This document shows positions 59,727 through 64,000 of a stretch of DNA of 64,000 bases, piece by piece. Within the stretch, counting starts at the first letter, position 1. Every line of letters starts with the position of its first letter. The notes beneath the pieces were generated by a model. That model saw nothing but the letters and a program-made list of their open reading frames with translations, did not search any database and had not been told where the DNA came from. The translations under genes and the position numbers were made by a program. The DNA comes from Fimbriimonadales bacterium. GTDB lineage: Bacteria; Armatimonadota; Fimbriimonadia; Fimbriimonadales; GBS-DC. The stretch spans positions 4,499 through 68,498 of the forward strand of contig JANXAW010000027.1 in NCBI GenBank assembly GCA_025061985.1. The letters run 5' to 3'.

Positions 59727-60068
59727 CTAAAACGGCAGCCCAAGCTTGTCTAGCCCTAGCCCCCCTGCGAGCTGGCTCATCCGTTCGGCACGCGCCCGCT
59801 CAGCTTGCGCCTGCGCCTCGCGCACCGCGCTAACAATCAGGTCTTGGAGCATCTCGGGGTCGCTGGGGTCAATCACTTCGGGTGCGATTTCTAACGCCAC
59901 CAGCGTGCCTTTGCCGTTGACGGTCGCCTTAACCACGCCGCCGCCCGCGCTGGCATGCACTTGGAGCTGCTCCATCTCCTCTTCAAAGCGTTGCGCCTCT
60001 TCCATCATTCGCTGCGCCTGTTCCATCACTTGGCGCATCGCTCCGCTGGGCAGTTTGGGTAGCTTCAT
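59727..60068 (-). CDS. ybaB: YbaB/EbfC nucleoid-associated protein
   Basis: QAQRMMEEAQRFEEEMEQL...ASAGGGVVKATVNGKGTLVALEI.PEVIDP.DPEMLQDLIVSAV. It sits upstream of recR, as usual. The Met 8 nt after GGAGG was chosen as the start. The track ORF runs to 60107. Confidence 0.85.
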   Translation of the reverse strand: MKLPKLPSGAMRQVMEQAQRMMEEAQRFEEEMEQLQVHASAGGGVVKATVNGKGTLVALEIAPEVIDPSDPEMLQDLIVSAVREAQAQAERARAERMSQLAGGLGLDKLGLPF

Positions 60069-60094
60069 CGGCATCGCCTCCGTAGGTTTTAGGA

Positions 60095-60122
60095 TTGTAC
60101 CCCGCAATGGGTGAGTTATAAT
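60095..60122 (+). promoter_or_regulatory. sigma-70-type promoter producing a leaderless mRNA
   Basis: TTGTAC, a 16-nt spacer, then TATAAT. ATG 60130 begins 8 nt after the hexamer and has no SD. Confidence 0.45.
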
Positions 60123-60129
60123 TCCTGCT

Positions 60130-60894
60130 ATGCGGGCAGGTTTGTGGTTACTCGCGCTTATGATAGCACTTGGCGGGTGCGCCCCAAAGAAGGAGCAGTC
60201 ACCCGCGCAAGCGCTGCTGCAGCAAGGCGTGCAAAAGCTCGAGGCGCGCGACTACGAGGGAGCTGCTGCTGTCTTTCGGCAGTATGTGGAGCAGGCACCG
60301 CACTTTGTCGTAGCGTTGCAAGAGGTCTACCGCGCTTACATGCGACACCCCGCCCGCCCATACGCCCAAGCCTACGAGTTCTTGGTGCAGTATGAACCGC
60401 GCGCCAACGAAATCAACGCTCAAGTAGACCGTGCGGGCTACTACCAAGTGCTGGGCACGCTGGCATTCATGTCGGGTAAGCGCGACGAGTATGCTAAGTG
60501 GTTTGAGAAGGCGTTAGCATTAGACCCTATGAACCACCTCGCGATGAATGACTACGCCTACGCTTTAGCAGAGCACAATCGTGACCTACAGAAAGCGTTG
60601 AAGTTAGCGCAACGCGCGATCGCCATCAAGTCAAATGTAGGCGCCTACCGTGATACGCTAGGCTGGGTGCTGTACAAGCTGGGGCGGTATGAAGAAGCCC
60701 TCAAGGAGCTGCGCTTAGCAGTGCAGACGGCGCCCGACACTGCCGAGTTGCGCTACCACTTAGCAGCAGTGTATGCGAAGCTGGGGCGCAAAGACGATGC
60801 GCTGGTAGAGTTGGAGAAGGCGCTTGCCCTACAGCCAGGGCATAAGCCGTCGCTGGAGCTGCGCAAAGCGCTACTGGGCGGGAGCAAGCAGTGA
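60130..60894 (+). CDS. TPR-repeat lipoprotein
   Basis: Lipobox LMIALGGC. Several TPR units follow (AKWFEKALALDPMNHLAMNDYAYALA, ALKELRLAVQTAPDTAELRYHLAAVYAKLGRKDDA). Confidence 0.75.
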   Translation: MRAGLWLLALMIALGGCAPKKEQSPAQALLQQGVQKLEARDYEGAAAVFRQYVEQAPHFVVALQEVYRAYMRHPARPYAQAYEFLVQYEPRANEINAQVDRAGYYQVLGTLAFMSGKRDEYAKWFEKALALDPMNHLAMNDYAYALAEHNRDLQKALKLAQRAIAIKSNVGAYRDTLGWVLYKLGRYEEALKELRLAVQTAPDTAELRYHLAAVYAKLGRKDDALVELEKALALQPGHKPSLELRKALLGGSKQ

Positions 60895-62810
60895 AGGACT
60901 ACACGCGCGGGCTAAGCCTACTGCTCCTTACACTGGGGCTGACTAACACTTGCAGCGCAGGCACGGTAGAGGTGCCCTCGGTTGCACTGGCAGGCGTGCC
61001 TATCCAAGTGAGCGGGCGTGAATTGCCCCCAAATGTGCCCGTGCAAGTGACGTTTGTAAACGCGCACGGCGAGCGCATAGCAACCGTAGAGGCACAAAGC
61101 GACTCTGAAGGTGCGTTCCAGCGTGAGGTACGCCTACCTAGCACAGCTAAAGTGCGCTACCAGTGGCGCGCAGGCACTGAGCAGGGCGAGGGCACCCTGC
61201 GCGTGCTGCCCGCATGGTGGAGCTTGCTGCCCCCGCTGGTAGCCATCGCGCTGGCGCTACTGTTGCGCCAGGTGGTGCTGGCGTTGGTAGGCGGCGTGTG
61301 GCTGGGGGCGTGGATGGTGGCAGGAGGCGATCCGTTTACCGCCCTCTTGCGCGTGGTGGATACCTACCTGCTAAACGCCTACGCCGACCGCGACCACCTG
61401 CAAATCATCGGCTTTACGATGCTCCTTGGGGGGATGATTGGCGTCATCACGCGCGCGGGCGGGCTGAGGGCACTGGTACAGATGCTCAGCCAGCGTGTGC
61501 GCTCCGAACGCGGGGCGCAACTCAGTGCGTACCTGCTGGGGCTGCTGATTTTCATTGACGACTACGCCAACACGCTGTTTGTAGGCGCGACGATGCGCCC
61601 GCTATCAGACCGCTTCCGCGTCTCGCGCGAGAAGCTGGCATACTTGGTGGATTCCACCGCCGCGCCCGTGGCAAACCTCGCCCTTATCGGTACTTGGATC
61701 GGCTTTGAGGTGTCGCTAATCGCCGATAGCTTCAAGGCAACAGGCATCACGCTGGAGCCATACTGGGCGTTTCTGCTGAGCCTGCCTTATCGGTTCTATC
61801 CGATTTTTGCGCTGGCGTTCATCGCGTGGCTGATTCTGCTGCGACGCGATTTTGGAGCGATGTATCACGCAGAGCTTCGCGCCCGTACCACGGGCAAGGT
61901 GCTGTCAGACACCGCCGCCCCCCTGGCAAACTACGAGTCGGCAGAGCTGGTGCCACCTGACCACGCGCGTGGCAGCGTGTGGGGAGCGATTGCGCCGATT
62001 GGGGTGGCACTCATCGGCACATTAGCGGGGCTGTTCTACACGGGCTACTATGGGGCTTTGGAAGGCGGCGCGCCAGTTAGTCTACGGAGCATTCTTGCGA
62101 ACGCGAACTCGTATGTAAGCCTTACTTGGGGTGCGTTTGGAGGCTGTGGGGTCGCACTGCTATGGGCGGGGCTTTCGCGCGCGCTTTCGCTGCGCGAAGC
62201 ATTTGAGGCGTGGGTGGGCGGAATGCGAATGATGGTGCTGGCGATAGTTATCTTGGGGCTGGCATGGGCGATTAGCGATGTGTGTGAGCAGTTGCATACG
62301 GCGCGGTATCTGGTGCAACTGCTTCAGGGCGCGGTTAGCCCTGCGTGGTTGCCCGCGCTGACAACGCTGACCGCCGCCGCCGTGAGCTTTGCAATTGGCA
62401 GCTCGTGGGGCACGATGGGGCTACTGATGCCCCTAGCCATTCCGCTGGCACATAGCCTCACGCAGGGGATGGATGGCTCAGCGCAGCAGTTTTATCTCAT
62501 TGCAACGCTCTCCTCAGTGCTGGCGGGCGCGACTTTTGGCGACCACTGCTCGCCGATTTCGGATACGACGGTGCTCTCGTCTATCTTCACAGGCTCAGAC
62601 CACATTGACCATGTGCGCACGCAGTTGCCTTATGCGCTTACGGTGGGCGTAGTGGCGTGGCTGGTGGGCGATGTGGCAACGGGGTTCGGCATGCCCGTGT
62701 GGGCTGCGTTAGGGGTGGGCGTGCTTTTGCTAGGGCTGATTGTGCGCGTAGTGGGTAAGCCTGTGCCTGCTTACTGCGGCGAACCGCCAGATTCAGGCGC
62801 AACGAGTTAG
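60891..62810 (+). CDS. NhaC-family Na+/H+ antiporter-like transporter with an N-terminal ~100-aa extracytoplasmic domain
   Basis: GTG overlaps the upstream stop (GTGA). Signal peptide plus a beta-rich segment, then WWSLLPPLVAIALALLLRQ and a polytopic NhaC-like core. Confidence 0.7.
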   Translation: MKDYTRGLSLLLLTLGLTNTCSAGTVEVPSVALAGVPIQVSGRELPPNVPVQVTFVNAHGERIATVEAQSDSEGAFQREVRLPSTAKVRYQWRAGTEQGEGTLRVLPAWWSLLPPLVAIALALLLRQVVLALVGGVWLGAWMVAGGDPFTALLRVVDTYLLNAYADRDHLQIIGFTMLLGGMIGVITRAGGLRALVQMLSQRVRSERGAQLSAYLLGLLIFIDDYANTLFVGATMRPLSDRFRVSREKLAYLVDSTAAPVANLALIGTWIGFEVSLIADSFKATGITLEPYWAFLLSLPYRFYPIFALAFIAWLILLRRDFGAMYHAELRARTTGKVLSDTAAPLANYESAELVPPDHARGSVWGAIAPIGVALIGTLAGLFYTGYYGALEGGAPVSLRSILANANSYVSLTWGAFGGCGVALLWAGLSRALSLREAFEAWVGGMRMMVLAIVILGLAWAISDVCEQLHTARYLVQLLQGAVSPAWLPALTTLTAAAVSFAIGSSWGTMGLLMPLAIPLAHSLTQGMDGSAQQFYLIATLSSVLAGATFGDHCSPISDTTVLSSIFTGSDHIDHVRTQLPYALTVGVVAWLVGDVATGFGMPVWAALGVGVLLLGLIVRVVGKPVPAYCGEPPDSGATS

Positions 62811-62866
62811 CGAAAGGGGTGGCTTGCTGATAGGTTCCCCTCGGAAAGGGAGAAGCTCATGGGGGT

Positions 62867-63925
62867 TCAGGCACTGCTCGCCACGCTTGCCACGCTGATT
62901 GCTGCTGCCAGCTTGCCTGCGATTTCGCGAAACGCTCGCGCCTGCGCCGAATCGGGTGCGGCAATCACCGCCGGCTGCCCTGAGTCGCTGGCAAGGCTCA
63001 CAGCAGGGTCAAGCGGTATGGAACCTAAGAAGGGCACGCCGAGCTTTTCTGCAAACGCTCGCGCCCCAGGACCAGGGAAAATCGCCGTGCGCTGCCCACA
63101 GTGGGGGCATACGAACTCTGCCATATTCTCAATAACGCCCAAAATCGGTGCGTTTAGCCGTCTAAATAGAGCGACGGACTTGCCCGCGATGGAAGCCGCC
63201 ACTGCCTGAGGCGTCATCACAATCACCACGCCCGTGAGGGGAACGGTTTGGGCAGTGGTCATCGGCGCATCGCCTGTGCCAGGGGGCAGGTCTACCAACA
63301 GGTAATCCAACGCGCCCCAGCGCACATCGGCAAATAGCTGGCGTACCGTGCCCGCCACAATCGGGCCACGCCACATCGCTGCTTGCTCTTCCTCCAGCAG
63401 AAAGCCAAGCGACATCATCGACACGCCGTAGCGGCGAATAGGCACGATTTTGCCCGACTCTACCAGCGGTCGCTCGCCCTGACAACCCATCATCTTGGGG
63501 ATGCTGGGACCGTACACATCGGCATCCAGTAGCCCTACCTTCGCGCCTGATTGTGCTAAGGCGACGGCTAAGTTCACAGCGACCGTCGATTTGCCCACAC
63601 CCCCCTTGCCACTGGCGATAGCAATCACATGCTTGACTTCGGGGATGAGGTCTTCGGGCGCAAGGGCACGCCCGCGCACCTGCGCCGTCATCTCCACCTG
63701 CACGCTTCGAACGCCCGGTAGCTGCGCAATCCGCCGCTCGGCTTCGGCTTTCATCTGGTCGCGCACGGGGCACGCAGGCGTGGTGAGTTCAATCACCACC
63801 TTCACCGCGCCGTCGCAGATAGCGACATCCTTCACAAACCCCAACGACACGATATCGCGGTGCAAGTCGGGGTCATGGATTTGGCGCAGCGCTTCCAGCA
63901 CGTCCTCGCGCGTTACGGTTGGCAT
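62867..63925 (-). CDS. apbC: Mrp/ApbC/NBP35-family Fe-S cluster carrier ATPase with an N-terminal DUF59/MIP18 domain
   Basis: DUF59: IHDPDLHRDIVSLGFV. Deviant Walker A: ASGKGGVGKSTVAVNLA. CPHCG motif. Confidence 0.9.
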   Translation of the reverse strand: MPTVTREDVLEALRQIHDPDLHRDIVSLGFVKDVAICDGAVKVVIELTTPACPVRDQMKAEAERRIAQLPGVRSVQVEMTAQVRGRALAPEDLIPEVKHVIAIASGKGGVGKSTVAVNLAVALAQSGAKVGLLDADVYGPSIPKMMGCQGERPLVESGKIVPIRRYGVSMMSLGFLLEEEQAAMWRGPIVAGTVRQLFADVRWGALDYLLVDLPPGTGDAPMTTAQTVPLTGVVIVMTPQAVAASIAGKSVALFRRLNAPILGVIENMAEFVCPHCGQRTAIFPGPGARAFAEKLGVPFLGSIPLDPAVSLASDSGQPAVIAAPDSAQARAFREIAGKLAAAISVASVASSA

Positions 63926-64000
63926 CGCCAGTCTCCTACAAGATATTTAGCGTGGCTAAATTGTACCCGTTTGGGGCACTGTGGGAGTATACTAAGGGTA

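Noticed and set aside
1-64000. CRISPR arrays, rRNA genes, IS elements, toxin-antitoxin pairs, restriction-modification or other defence systems
   Set aside because: I scanned for regularly spaced direct repeats, transposase or integrase motifs (DDE, tyrosine recombinase R..H..Y), nuclease/helicase/methylase motifs and small paired ORFs. None were found.

Overview
This is a high-GC (about 60% judged by eye, not computed), very gene-dense bacterial chromosomal segment. It holds about 60 protein genes and one tRNA-Arg(CCG). I found no rRNA, CRISPR array, transposase, integrase or obvious prophage or defence genes.

Most genes are recognisable housekeeping genes: rpsA, coaE, pdaD, nadE, thiS-thiO, gmk, an mqnC-like gene, feoAB, galT, panC, gltX, tilS, serA, thyX, recR, ybaB, rqcH and apbC. 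The gene content includes prepilin-type N-methyl proteins with a DUF1559-like H-X9-DG tail, a PEP-CTERM protein, a futalosine-pathway enzyme, ThyX, pyruvoyl arginine decarboxylase and a 4-domain S1. This suggests a diderm lineage such as Armatimonadota or a neighbour. That placement is inference only.

The best candidate for an undescribed system is a co-directional, tightly spaced six-gene envelope cluster at 2381-18154:
- Three secreted proteins share one ~430-aa C-terminal module ending in a FlgD-Ig-like domain and the tail V/L-T-R. They are an 1834-aa TolB-propeller/CarboxypepD_reg giant, an S8 subtilase and a 899-aa unknown.
- Two paralogous membrane-anchored proteins carry a CsgG/LpoB/TolB-N-like domain.
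- One LptD-like outer-membrane barrel has an N-terminal Big_1 domain.

Other points worth a second look:
- an ECF sigma/anti-sigma pair followed by an HtrA-like protein in which all three catalytic residues are replaced
- an HD-GYP response regulator facing an FHA / double-FHA / pentaheme cytochrome c run
- feoB split exactly at the G-domain boundary, plus a Cys-rich mini-ORF between feoB and feoA
- a RuvX/YqgF-like gene that needs a non-canonical start codon to keep its catalytic motif
- a structured leader in front of a PEP-CTERM gene
- a hairpin-rich gltX-panC spacer

All family assignments come from motif recognition by eye. No HMM or BLAST search was run.
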